Part shown: positions 26,122 to 38,962 of the stretch, piece after piece
How positions within the stretch are numbered: the first letter of the stretch is position 1
Layout of the letters: each line of letters starts with the position of its first letter
Assembly: GCA_030390025.1 (NCBI GenBank)
Contig: JASTWF010000363.1
Span: 372,001-436,000, forward strand
From: Squalus acanthias
Taxonomy: Eukaryota
Direction of reading: 5' to 3'
Length of the DNA stretch: 64,000 nucleotides
Program-made: the position numbers and the translations under genes
Notes under the pieces: generated by a model
Told to the model about the DNA's origin: nothing
The model's database searches: none
What the model saw: the letters and a program-made list of their open reading frames with translations, nothing else

Positions 26122-26876
26122 TTTCTGTATTGATTTTAAGTTTGTTCAGTTGATGTGATGGAAAATATTTGTTACTTGGAATTTTACTTTAGGAAAGATT
26201 CATGGCCATAGTGTAGAAATAACAAACATGAAAATTGCAGTATTTTTACAGCTGTTGTACTCTTTGGATGGAAAGGAAAGGTCAAAGCAGGGAACTTAGT
26301 TTCGAAGCCATAGTGCCACACAATGGTGTCTCAATTCCACTTTCTGCGCATTCAAACAGGACCTAAAAACCCTATATTTGGCAGTCACAGAGTCTGTTTA
26401 GAAAAGTTACAAACATGCTGTACCATGATTGGTGCCCTTGCACCACTGGCTTCAGTGTGTTTGGAAAGCTGGGTGGCACTATGTCCTTTTACCTATGGTA
26501 CATGGGTTTGAATCTTTCTCCACTAGCTGTTAAAGTCATGGGTAAAATAGATTTGGGACAGTCTAAACCAGAGGTGTCAAACGTATGTCCTGCGGAATGG
26601 GACATGAATCTCCCGGGCACTGCTCCGAACAGCCCGGAAAACTGAGCCTTTTAAATTTCACGCTGCAGTAGCCCCCCCACTCCTTGTTCCATGACGTCAT
26701 CCACTAAGGGCACAGAGCCGACACCCGCTGAGGGGGCAACTGGAAACGGAGCTGACTGGTGGAGGGGAGAGAGATGGGCTGGACTGAAAGATGGTGAACA
26801 GGGGTCAGGAGATTGGGACCCAGTGCAGGGGGACTGGTGACTTGGAGGAGAAAGCAAGACTGAAAACTAGGACGAT

Positions 26877-27055
26877 AGCAAAATACTGCAGATGCTGGAA
26901 ATCCAAAATAACAGAAAACGCTGGGAAAAACTCAGCAGGCGAGGCAGCATCCGTGGAGAGAGAAACAGAGTTAACGTTTCAGGTCGAGACCTTTCATCAG
27001 AACTGGAAACAGCAGGAAATCAAATAGATTTAAGGCAAGGATAAAGCTGGGAAAA
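26877..27055 (-). mobile_element. PLE family 1 terminal repeat fragment with hammerhead (26969-27004)
   Basis: Minus strand agtt-CTGATGA-a-aggtctcgacct-GAAA-cgTT-aact; homologous to 18470-18630. Confidence 0.85.
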
Positions 27056-28329
27056 CTAGGAGTTAGGAGATGGCTGGCTGGGGTGGGGGTTTGTGAAGAG
27101 GGCTTGGGGGGACAGGGGATGGGGGGTCAGAGACTAGGAGATGGGGGCTCCGGGGAGACTGGGAAATGGGGGTCAGGGGAATTGGGACTTGGGTGGGGGA
27201 AGAGAGAGGAGCGGGGAATGGGGTGGTGTGGGCGTGGGTCCCAACATTTTCTGCAGAACCAGGAGCAGCAGCAACATGGTGATTGGGAGTGACGCCAAGA
27301 GAGGAGCAGTCAGTAAAGGGGTGAGTGAAGCCTTGGGACCTTACTGTGGTAAAATTTCCCTACCCTACCATTTCTTCAGCGGATCTCCATCGGTCCTTTT
27401 AAGGACCGCTGTAGAACTGGATAAACTAGTCGGAGCTTGCACAGTGCATACTCCATCTAATTTTTCACGCATTTTGTAGAAGGTTCCTGAAACAGGCGCA
27501 GGACCCTTCTTTGCACATTGACGGTCATCCAATGCTGATTTAATGCAGCCGCCAGGTCCGCCTAAAAACAGTGAGGATCAATATGGAGGTGGCCTTGCTG
27601 CTGGCGCAGATTAGGTGCAGGACCTTGTGCCCAGGAATTCATATAAATTGAGCCCGTTTTACGCCCAACAAACGGGCGAAAGGCATTCTGATTTCTTGTG
27701 ATCTATTTTTTAATAAACGGTACTCTGGTGTATGACAGGATGTCAGCCTTTCACTGATAACCTCAGTGTTAAGGAGGCTATCAGTGTGGTAATTGTGACA
27801 GCAGATGGAACAGTGCTCACTGCTAACAAGTAACCCCCTACAAATCTCTGCTGGACGGCAGGATCAACTTCTTTTGGCTCATAGTCCATTTACTGCCCTC
27901 CCTCAGTCCTCTGATTCCACTAGACAACCTCCACCAGTACCTCGGCTTTTACTCTGCTACTTGAATGGCTCCTGAATCCACACTGTTTACAAGACAACTT
28001 CATCCCAATGCCGTAGATTTTAACTTTGGACTGTTTTATATCATCTTCTCCCTGCCCTCTAATAATGACCATGACATGCCCATGTCTCACCTAATTTCTG
28101 TCATGCCTATGTAACCCGAATTCCCTCTGTGCTCATTTCCGTGTGCATTTTAGCTGCCACTCTGGACCAGAACCTAATAGTCCTATCTCCCTTTTTTTCC
28201 CCTCTGTCCCTTCTCTCTTCCCCCTTCCTGTCACCCAGTTATATCACCTTTCATTTTTACCCACTCAGGTACTTTGCCCGCCCCCCTGGCCAATCACTGC
28301 CCCCACCCAGCATTACTTCTCAGGCTTGA

Positions 28330-28630
28330 ATCAACAACAACTTACATTTAACGTAGCAAAACGTCCCAACGCACTTAACAAGAGTGATACCAATAAAAAC
28401 ATTTTTGACACCGAACCGCAGGAGGAGATATCTGGACAGATGACCAAAAACTTGGTCAAAGAGGTAGGTTTTAAGGAGCATATTAAAGGAGGAGAGAGAG
28501 GCGGAGAGGTTTAGGGAGGGAATTCCAGAGTTTAGGGCCTTGGCAGCTGAAAGCACAGCCGCCAATGGTAGAGCAATTAAAATCGGGGATGTGCAAGAGG
28601 CCAAAATTGGAAAAGTGCAGAGATCTTGAA
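28330..28630 (-). mobile_element. L2 LINE 3' end
   Basis: IGGCAFSCQGPKLWNSLP and LLKTYLFDQ; (gtt)n tail. Confidence 0.85.
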
Positions 28631-28727
28631 ACCTTGAATAAGCTCATTGCTATTCTTTGTGCCTCTCCTGGCATTCTCCAAAGGGCCCATCAAAGCTACT
28701 GCCTTCTGTACCTATAGAGTTTTAGAA

Positions 28728-29472
28728 ACGTAGGAACAGGAATAGGCCATTGAGCCCCTCGAGTCTGTTCCAACATTGAGTTAGATCATGGCTGATCTGT
28801 ATCTTAACTCCATTTATCCAGCTTGGTTCCATATCCCTTATTACCCTTGCTGAACAAAAATCTATCATTTTCAGTTTTGAAGTTTTAAAATTGACCGCCT
28901 CAACAGCTTTTTGGGGGAGAAAGAGTTCCAGATTTCCACTACCCTTTGTGTGAGGAATTGCTTTCTGACATTACCCCTGAATAGCCTAGCTCTAATTTTA
29001 AGGTTATGCCCCTTTGTTCTGGACTCCCCCACCAGAGGAAATGGTTTCTCTCTATCTACCCTATCAAATCCTTTAACCATCTTAAACACCTCAATTATAT
29101 CACCCCTTAATCTTCTATACTCAAGGGAATACAAGCCTAGTCTATGCAACCTTTCCGCATAATTTAACCCTTTTAGTCCCAGAATTACTCTGAAACTGAA
29201 CTGCACCCACTCCAAGGCCAATATATCCTTCCTGAGGTGTGGTGCCCAGGACTGAATGTTGTACTCCCAGAAGGGGTCTAACCAGAGCTTTATACAACTG
29301 TTGCATAACTTCCACCCCTTTGTATTTCAGCCCTCTTGGGATAAGGGCTAATGTTCCATTAGCCCTCTAAATTATTTTTTGTACCTACCCCACTAGCTTT
29401 TAGTGATTTCTGTACTTGGACCCCTAAATCTCTCTGCTCCTCCACAGTTCCTAGCTTCTCACCATTTAGAAA
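28728..29472 (-). mobile_element. CR1 3' fragment
   Basis: LGLYSLEYRRLRGDIIEVFK; similar to 10590-11300. Confidence 0.9.
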
Positions 29473-30999
29473 ATAAACACATTACAATTTATAATACTGA
29501 TACAATTTAAACTGTTTCTTTAATTTCTGTCTTTTCTATACTTGTCAGCCTCTAAATGACAACTAAATTTAATAAGAGCCCAACACCTCTCTCTTTTATT
29601 GAGAAATACCTAATTTGTAGCAAAATTATTAATTCCACTATAGATTACATATGCTTTTTAAAATAAAAAAATGGCTCTGTAATGCAGTGAACTGGCCCAT
29701 GAATAGATCAATTATTTAGGATTTGTGACTGCAGTGAATGCCTTTTACTGTCAAAAGTAATTAGAGCAGTGAGTTGAAAAGCTTGTAAAAGAGAAAATAT
29801 TAGAAATCTATATAAGATTTTCATAGCAGAGAGTAAAGTCATAGCACATTATACACTTTACGTGGCTAAATATTGAAGAGAGCCATGACAGGAAATAATG
29901 GATCGTATGCATCTGGAATGAAGATTGGCCATTTTTAAATTGCAAAAATAAAATAAGCACAGCTTTTTTTGAAAATGATTCCCAAGAGCAGATGTGGTAA
30001 CAGATTACTAAAAGGTCTAAACAGTATAGAGTCCTTTCTCTATACTTCTGTATCCCAGCTCTGACGGCAAAAGATGAAGGAATTGTGAAACAAATGGTAA
30101 ACATGGTATGGATCTCCATTCAGGGGACATATGTTATCCAGTTGTTAGAAGTCGCTTGACTTTCAGTAAGTGGTGTGATGCATGTCCTCTGTTTGGATCC
30201 ATACTGCATTTCAGCTGGCTTTGGCCCAGTTTAAGTTGCATTTTTCTTGATCCCAACTTGGGTTCTCCTTCTGGCCTTGATATGAAAATTAGTGGAGATA
30301 AGATACTGAAGTGAGCAGCAATTCAATGACAAAGGAAGAAATGGGGATACAATAATTACACTGAGTTATGATCAACAGGACAGTCTTCAAGTTCTTCGTC
30401 TGGTTACAAAGGAACAACATGATGTAAATTGTGGTGATTTTCTCTGCAACATCACCTAAACCATGCTGGGCTTTCTGGCTTTTCTCCCTCTGCAAACAAA
30501 AAAAAGTTTGCCAAATGCTTTTCTCATGAAGGTCTTACCCATTTGAAACAAGTAGGCGATAGAATTAATTGGGATAATCAGAAGCTTGCTTTTCCATTTA
30601 CGATGAAGGATATGCTTTAGGGTTTATAGAATTTTGGGGGGGGGGGGGGCGGGGGGGCTGTGGGGAGGGGTTGCGTCAATGGCCCAAGCTGAGTTTGTGG
30701 GGCTGGGAGGGGCACTCCTCTCAGCCTCACAAAAATGAAGAGGAACTCACATTTAGGGTCCTCTTTGGCCGTGCCACCACCTTATGCTGGTCGCAGTGTA
30801 CAAAACTAGGTTTAATTCTATTTAAAATATGGGCCTACCGCCTGACTCCAGAGGACGCTCCAGCTGCCCAGCAGTAGGTTCCAGTAAACATTGCCGCGAT
30901 TACAGCATATGACCGCAATGGGGGCAGTAGGTCATTGCGCACCATTTTCAGAGTGCGAACGTCCTGTTTCTGCCAGGCAGTGTCATGAATAAATTGGGG

Positions 31000-32905
31000 A
31001 ATTGGGCTGATAAAGCCAGACAGGTTACACCTGAACAGGGCTGGGACCAATGTCCTTAAGGGGGAGGTTAACTAGTGCTGTAGGGAAGGGTTTAAACTAA
31101 TTTGGCAGGGGGAGGGGAACCAGGCCATAGCAGCAGAGAGGAGAGACAAGGTGCATAGAAAACTAGGAGGGATAAACAGCAACAGAATAAAGAATAGTGT
31201 AGGAAGAGCAGGAATTAAATGGAGGAAAAAAAGCAAAGCAGATTAGCATGAGGAGTTCTACAAATAAGGTTGATGAGCTGCAGGCACAAGTTGCCACATG
31301 GGGTTATGATATAGTGGCTATAACGGAGACCTGGCTTAAACATGGGCAGGAATGGGAAGTAACATCCCTGGCTACAATGTATTCAGGAGGGATAGGGAAG
31401 GGAAAAAGGTGGGAGGGAGTGGTGGCAATGTTGATCAAGGATGATACAGTTCTATAGAGGGACGACATACTAGAGGGTTCAAGGACTGAATCTATTTGGT
31501 TAGAGTTAAGGAACAGAAAAGTAGCTGTTACATTGCTCTGCGTTTACTGTAGACCCCCAAATAATGAGATAGAGGCACAAATCTGTAGGCAAAGTTCAGA
31601 GAAATGTAAAAATAATAGACCAGTAATAGTAGGGGACTTCAATTACCCTAATATAGACTGTGGGGAAAAACAAGTAAAGTGCAAGGAGGGTGAAGAATTC
31701 CTAAAATGTGTACAGGAGAACTTAATCAGTATGTTTCTCGCCCAACAAGGAAGGAAGCAGTGCTAGATCTAGTTCTAGGGAATGAAGTAGGGCAAGTGGA
31801 ATGTGTTTCAGTGGGGGAACATGTGGTTAATAGCGATAATATAATTAGGTTTAAAGTAGTTATGGAAAGAGACCAAGAAAAATCATATAAATACCCATCT
31901 GGAAGCAAGCCAATTTCAGTGATTTTTGAGAAGGGATCTAGCACAGGTGGACTGGAAATAAAGATTGGCCAAACACAGGCCTTCAAGGCGGAGATAGTTT
32001 GGGTACAAACCGAGCATATTTCCATAAGGTGGAAAGATAGGGCATCCAAAGCTGGAGCTCCCTGGATGACAGGAAATAGAAATTAAAATAAAACAATAAA
32101 AGGTGAGTAGAAAACCAGGCAGAGTGCAGGGGGAAATTGTAAAAGAATACAAAAGTCAAATAAAGAATGAGAAAAGATTAGTGGGTAACATAAAAAGGGA
32201 ACCCAAAACTCTTTTCTAAGCATATAAAATATAAAAGGATAGTTTAAGAAATGGCCAATTAAGGACAAAGAAGGAAATCTTTGTGTGGAGGCAGAGGGCA
32301 TGACTGAGGTACTGAATGAGTATTTTGCATCTGTCTCCACAAATGAAGAGGTTGAAGATAATGTCGCAGTGGAGGAGGAGGGAGTAGATATTGGATAGGA
32401 TAAAAATAGATAGAAAGGAAGTGCAAAGTAGGTTGGCATCAATGTTCCCTTTAAGCTGTGCGGGTGCGCAGCATTCTGGACCTCCTGCACAGCCAGCTTG
32501 CCAGCTTTTCAATAGGAAAAACCGCGGTATTTTGAATGGGCTGCCCAGCTCTTTAAGGGGCCGCGCACCCCAAAAAATTAACAGAAACATTGGTTGGCAT
32601 CCCTCAAGTCACAATCCAAATGGGATCCATCCTAGGTTGCTGACGGAAGCAAGAGTGGAGATAGCAGAAGCTCTGACCACAATCGTTCAAACCTCCTTGG
32701 ATGTGGGAGTGGTGCCAGAAGACTGGAGGATTGCAAATGTTACACCCCTATTCAAAAAAGGGGAGAGATAAACCTGCTAACTACAGGCCAGTCAGTCTGT
32801 CAGTGGTGGGAAAACAACTAGAGATCATTGTCAAGGACAAAATAAATTCTCACTTGGAGAAGCATGGGTTAATAAGGGACAGCCAGCATGGATTTGTTAA
32901 AGGCT
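31000..32905 (+). mobile_element. Degenerate CR1 spanning the ORF1 end, APE and RT N-terminus
   Basis: DRLHLNRAGTNVL (esterase-like ORF1 end), NKVDELQ..YDIVAITETWL, VGDFNYP, LDLVL, NYRPVSL. Confidence 0.85.
32440..32592. mobile_element. 153-bp hAT-type MITE inserted in CR1
   Basis: Termini caatgtt/aacattg; 8-bp TSD gttggcat at 32432-32439 and 32593-32600. Confidence 0.85.
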
Positions 32906-34070
32906 GCTTATGAGGCAAGCAGTTTTCTTTTCATAGCTAGGCCCCTAAAGTCCTCATCTCTGTCCTGCTCCAGCAAAGCTGGGAGAGGGGCTCGCATTCC
33001 AGTGAGCTGTCTCCTGGGCTGTGAGTACCTGCTGCTGCTCACTCATTGGGTGTTTCACCACATGCAGCCCCCTCTATCTCACTGTCTAAATTACGTGGAG
33101 TGCCAATGTCTATGCTGGTGTTTGGGAAGGATGGAACGCGCGACAGTGCATCCTCAGGAGGATTGTCCTCCTCTTCTGAAGTGTCTTCAGTATTGCCGAA
33201 GCTGAAGAAGTTGTTGAGTGGTGTAAGGAGTGTTGGCAAGTGTTGTTGAGAGGCTGGACATTAGTACATCGTCTTCCCCAATGCTCATGACTTTACCTGG
33301 GTCACTCATCTCCAGGGCTTTGTGCTCCGTTTGGGTGAGGGCTATTATGTCGGTTACTCCCCTCTCCTCCTCCTGTCTTGCTAGTCTCCCTGGTATTATG
33401 GTATTGGTCTTGTCCGGCATTAAGAGACTACAAGAGATGAGTGGCTGTTGAAAATTTAAGTGGAGATATGTACGGCTTGTGCTTATAATGCATGTGCTGA
33501 GTGCTGGAGAAGAAGCAAGATTGAATGAGGATGGGGAGGTGATGAATGTGAAGTGTGGAAGGAGTTGCTGGTTCTGCAAGTGCTAGGATGGGATAAGAAT
33601 ACTGTTAGTGTGTGATGTGAAGAGAGCAAGAGCCTCTTAGCCTCCTCTGTCTAGGCATGCAGGCTAGTTATCCAAGGGATGCTCCTGTGGGTGCTGGGGA
33701 ACAGCAGCTCTAATCTTGCCCTGACCTTCTCCACCAGGACTTCCAGGGAGGCATCTGAAAACCTGGGGGGCAGTCCTCCAACTCATTACAGCGACAGCAA
33801 TTCTGTTGCAAAGAAATCTGGCATCAGGGAATGCAACCTTGCTTTAAGGGATGCATTTTCACTTTAAATATGTCTTGGGTGGCCTGTCAGAAATTGCACA
33901 GCAAAATTGGGCAGACTGCCCGTTTCCTGATGTGATTAGGTGGGCAGCCCATCAATCATAAAATGAGGCCTGGGAGTTCAAATCACCCAGGCCTCACTCT
34001 GGTAACGTCATGGGACCTTCCCAATTGCCTTGCCCACCCGATTGCTGCCCGTATTTGAAACTGGGGCTAT
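32906..34070 (-). mobile_element. Degenerate PIF/Harbinger-like element remnant with a Myb/SANT-like ORF start
   Basis: Minus strand about 33640-33786 translates PRFSDASLEVLVEKVRARLELLFP..HA*TEEAKR; end gaaactggggc. Confidence 0.6.
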
Positions 34071-34139
34071 AGTCATCTCTATCTCTGGGTTTAGTCTTAT
34101 TTTACTTGTATTTTTACAAGAGGAAACTTATGAAGACAA

Positions 34140-34886
34140 TGGCCCAGAAATTAAACAGTGCGTGTTCCCGCAGGGGTAAGGCTTCCCCGCGATATCTCAC
34201 TCCACGCCTACCTTTTTCCTCTGGGCCCCCACGAACTTTAGTTTCAAGGCCAGTCCCACATGCAGCTGTGCAGTGTGTGCGTATCCCAGAGACGCAATTA
34301 GTTCGTGCGAGCTCTGGGATCACGTGATTCAGTTAGAGCCAATGGCAGCACACCATCTTTCATTCATAGTTTTCACAGCAAGAGCTGTCAAAGCTATGAA
34401 TCCTACACACCCCCAAAAGAACAGCTAAACCTCAATTAAATTTAAAAAAAAGCCATCACATTAATAAAATAAGTATAGTTAAATAAATTAACCACTTTAA
34501 ACAAAAAATAAAATTTGAAAAAATTTAAAATCTTTTTAAAAGTTATAAAAATAAACTTACCTTTCTTTAAAGTCTCTAAAAAAGATAAACCTGTTGAAAA
34601 AAATTTAAAAACACTTAATTAACTACTTACCTTGTTAAAAAGGGGTCCTACGCCTGCTTTCTTTGTGTAAAATCTTCAACACTTACCTGCGCGTTCAAAG
34701 CTGCAAAAATAACAGTGCACTGCGTGCGCGCAGCCTGTAGCGCGCACGCGGTTCACTTAGGAACCGCCCCCTTTTGAATTCACAAAGTGCCGGTTTCCCG
34801 CGCATGCAGGAAACCGGAAATTGGAGACCTAAAACGCGAGAGTGCACAGTGCGTACTCTCGCGTATTAGGTCTAATTTTCGGGCCA
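34140..34886. mobile_element. GGCC..AATT-ended non-autonomous element with subterminal hairpins
   Basis: tggcccagaaatta ... taattttcgggcca; hairpin at 34825-34873. Confidence 0.65.
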
Positions 34887-35585
34887 TTAGCTTTAGTCAG
34901 TGACTATTTAAATAAACAAAACAATGATGGGCACCTCTGGGACCTGCATTTGAATCCACCCCACTGATAAAATTAGTCTTTTCTCAGCTGACTAAGGATT
35001 CTACAGTGCCAGACCCACAACACAAACATTCCTCTAATTTGACAATCTCACACAAAGGTGATGCGTGTGTCAGAACATACCTTTAGCCAAGTTAGAAATT
35101 ATAGAATCAGCTGCTGTTTATTGATCTTTGGAGAAAAAGTTTGAATCATGGTGGCTTTTTACAATTGCAAGTCTATAGAATCAGGACAGCTTGCAGCAAT
35201 GATACAAGACTGTCTTGGTGATACCATGGAAACAAAGGGAAAGAACAGCACAAAGCAATATAAGCGAGAAGGCTTTCTGCCATTTCGTGACAGTACATAA
35301 GTACAGAACATCCAAGGTGCCCGTATTGTATCTGATGAAATAGACGCATCTGATTGGTCTATCTCCTTTGAGGGGTTATGTTTGATCTCTGCAGTATATG
35401 CAGTACGAAGAACAGGAAAAATCAATCTGCAAGTAGTTACTTTTTTGTTCTAAGAATTGAGCACTTCTTAGCTTGTTTTTAAAAAAAAAGAAACAGTGAC
35501 TTATACCACGTGAGCTCTCTGGAATATGTACAACCAAGAACAAAAACTCCAATGGCTAAGTGAGTAAATGGCGGTCAGAAAGGTG

Positions 35586-36114
35586 AGAGGTCGCACAATA
35601 CCAGGTTATAGTCCAACAGTTTTATTTGAAATCACAAGCTTTCGGAGCTTACTACTCCTTCGTCGGGTGAAGTAAAAAGCTACAGAATCGCCAAAGCATA
35701 TATAGATAGAGAACAATGCATGTGTACCTTACAATTGCAGACAACTAAATTAAATCATTCTGACTATCTGCCGAGGTGTGATAAAGTTAATCAGGTCAGC
35801 CAGGAAGGTACCACATCAAAGACATAGCAAGATGTCTTTGATGTGGTATCTTCCTGGCTGACCTGATTAACTTTATCACACCTCAGCAGATAGTCAGGAT
35901 GATTTAATTTAGTTGTCTGCAATTGTAAGGTACACATGCATTGTTCTCTATCTATATATGCTTTGGCGATTCTGTATCTTTTTACTTCACCCGACGAAGG
36001 AGTAGTAAGCTCCGAAAGCTTGTGATTTCAAATAAAACTGTTGGACTATAATCTGGTGTTGTGCGACCTCTCAATTTTGTCCACCCCAGTCCAACACCGG
36101 CATCTCCGCATCAT
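35586..36114. mobile_element. Fold-back PLE family 2 insertion with 242-bp arms and a hammerhead variant in each arm
   Basis: Arms 35584-35825 and 35832-36073, 6-nt loop, about six mismatches; 13-bp TSD ggtcagaaaggtg at 35573-35585 and 36115-36127. Confidence 0.88.
35987..36025 (+). ncRNA. Minimal hammerhead motif with CCGACGA core variant (mirror on the minus strand at 35632-35670)
   Basis: tcac-CCGACGA-a-ggagt-agtaa-gctcc-GAAA-gc-TT-gtga; palindromic AAGCTT. Confidence 0.7.
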
Positions 36115-36427
36115 GGTCAGAAAGGTGCCAGTCTTCCAGTTAGCTGATCTCAGCTAAAACATCAGTAGGGTGCTACAACGGAGCTGTGGCACTACACAAT
36201 GACTCCTGTGGAAAGTGAACATGTGGGGGATGTCTGGGAATAACCCGATGACATGATCTGGGCTTGTACATGATGATGATTGGTCATTTGGGATACAGCA
36301 CCCATAGAACCATACCACAGCCTGAATCTGACTTCAGGAAAGAAAAGTCAGGAGGGGGGAAGCCAATACAGAGCCAGGTTAATTCTGAGAAATGCTTTGA
36401 GGACAGTTGTTGCTCTTTGTGCTGATA

Positions 36428-36720
36428 CAATCAGCTTGGTAGAGTGGCAGCAATCTCACCTCAAACAGAAGTTACTGGGATCAAGCCTCACTCCAAAGTT
36501 TGAGCATCTAATCTAGGCAGTCCTACATTGTCTGCATTGCCGTCTTTCAGATGAGGTGTTAAAGCCTGCCTGTTTACATGGACTTAAAAGATCTCTAAGT
36601 ACTATTCAAAGTTGCGCAGGGAGGTGTCCTGATCAAGTGTCAACCCACACTACCAGAAAAACAGGTGTAGTGTATGTGGGTCCCTGCTGTGTCTGCCTAC
36701 TAACAGCACCTTCAATGTTC
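36428..36720 (+). mobile_element. Old degenerate DeuSINE copy
   Basis: tgccgtctttcagatgaggtgttaaa and head similarity to 9791-10255. Confidence 0.55.
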
Positions 36721-36999
36721 TGGGCCATGAAAGTTGATTCTTTCTTTGAAATTGAAACATCACAAATAAATTTAGAAAAATATTTATTGACATGATAGAA
36801 ATCAGTGATTGAGTAGTTTCTCATTGATAAAACAATCATCACTTATGCTAATTACAATGTGCAATGAAAACTAAAATTACATAAACAGTCCACATGATAA
36901 ATATTGCATTACCGTACATTCACTGGAATCCCCTTAACAATTTTGTTGGGATCAAATGATTCCCATCATCAAACACTTCCTCACCCTCCTTTGCTTTTT

Positions 37000-38046
37000 A
37001 AGGATCTATCCTTGGCCCCCTCCTATTTCTCATCTACATGCTGCCCCTTGGCGACATCATCCGAAAACACAGCGTCGGTTTCCACATGTACGCTGATGAC
37101 ACCCAGCTCTACCTCACTACCGCTTCTCTCGACCCCTCCACGGTGTCTAAATTGTCAGACTGCTTGTCCAATATCCAGTTCTGGATGAGCAGAAATTTTC
37201 TCCAATTAAATATTGGGAAGACTGAAGCCGTTGGTTTCAGTCCCCGCCACAAACTCCATTCCCTAGCCACTGACTCCATCCCACTCCCTAACATCTGAGG
37301 TTGAACCACACCGTTCGCAACCTTGGTGTCATATTTGACCCTGAAATGAGCTTTCACCCTCACATCCGCAGCATAATTAAGACCACCTATTTCCACCTCC
37401 GTAACATCGCCTGTCTCCACCCTTGCCTCAGCTCATCCGCTGCTGAAACCCTCATCCATGTCTTTGTTACCTCTAGACTTGACTCTTCCAACGCACTCCT
37501 GGCTGGCCTCCCACATTCTACCCTACGTAAACTTGGTCATCCAAAGCTCGGCTGCCCGTGTCCTAACTCGCACCAAGTCCCGTTCACCCATCACCCCTGT
37601 GCTTGCTGACCTACATTGGCTCCTGATTAAGCAACGCCTCGATTTCCAAATTCTCATTTGTTTTCAAATCCCTCCATGGCCTCGCCCCTCCCTAACTCTG
37701 TAATCTCCTTCAGCCCAACACCACCCCCTCCCACCGAGATATCTGCATTCCTCTAATTCTGCCCTCTTGCGCATCCCTGATTATAATCGCTGAACCATTG
37801 GTGGCCGTGCCTTCTGTTGCCTAGGCCCTAAGCTCTGAAAGTCCCTGCCTAAACTTCTCCGCCTCGCTACCTCACTTTCCTCCTTTAAGATGCTCCTTAA
37901 AACCTACCTCTTTGACCAAGCTTTTGGTCACCTGCCCTAATTTCTCCTTTTGTGACTCGGTGTCATTTTTTTGTCTTAATATTCCTGTGAAGCGCCGTGG
38001 GACATTTAAGGCGCTATATAAATACAAGTTGTTGTTGTTGTTGTTG
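37000..38046 (+). mobile_element. L2 LINE 3' portion (RT C-terminus)
   Basis: MLPLGDIIRKH..FHMYADDTQLYL, FLQLNIGKTE, VRNLGVIFD; (gtt)n tail. Confidence 0.92.
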
Positions 38047-38962
38047 AGGTTACCCATTTAGATTGCAATGTAAAGCGCTCTGGCGCACTGGGAACTGATT
38101 TGTAACTGCTTCACACTGCCAAAACCCTAAAGTTTAGTTTTCACATAGAAAAGCCCTCAATCACACAACCGAAAAGAACTCTTTGTAGTGAGGAAGTTTA
38201 GGAAGCACAAGCTCTTAAGTTTTCCAGAGGAAAAGACCATAGATTCTTGGAGACCCTGCTGCAGGCTCATTCTGAATGCTGCCTTGACACAATATTCTTT
38301 TGAGGTAATGAACCTGCTTGTTTGATGGCACTCATACATCATGGGGCAGGGAGCAGCAAGTTGTGCGTAATCCCTTGGTTGTGGATAAACTGTACATATT
38401 GCTTAAATTCCTAGATCAGTCTCCATTCCTAACTTATGGCACAATAAAACAACTTTGTCATCTGGAGATTGGTGTGGACACAAGTTATTAAAAAAAAGTT
38501 CCCAACACCTTAAACCTACAAGCTTGGGTTGTCCTGGATTACTAATGCTTTGACATCTGTTTATCCTCAGTCACAAACCAGTGGACTGAAATTCAGTGAA
38601 TCCTTTCACACAATCAGATCGGTAATCACTGAGATTTTATTCTGAATCTACTGCAGTCATCTTGGTCATAGATTTTAAAGAGCCCACTTTATCAGTCACG
38701 ATATGCTGGTCTTAGAGTGAAAGATAGTATGCAAACCTGACGAGCAATTTAAATCTGCTTCTAAGTTTTAAGTCATTTACCTGATGGTTTACATATTGAT
38801 TTTATTCACACAGTATAATATATAAAAACTTAAAGTGAGGGCAGGAAAAGACCATCAGGCCTGCCACATTCACACATGGTGCTGGTATTCACTGTCTTGA
38901 GTCATTAAGGTAGCTGTCTGTAAGTCACAAGCACTGCGTAATTTGCACCATGTGTTCACCTT

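Noticed and set aside
30635..30670. G-run with G-quadruplex potential
   Set aside because: Simple low-complexity tract with no supporting context.
36783..38806. IL17RA polyadenylation signals (minus-strand AATAAA near 38801 and 36783)
   Set aside because: Cannot choose between them without transcript data.
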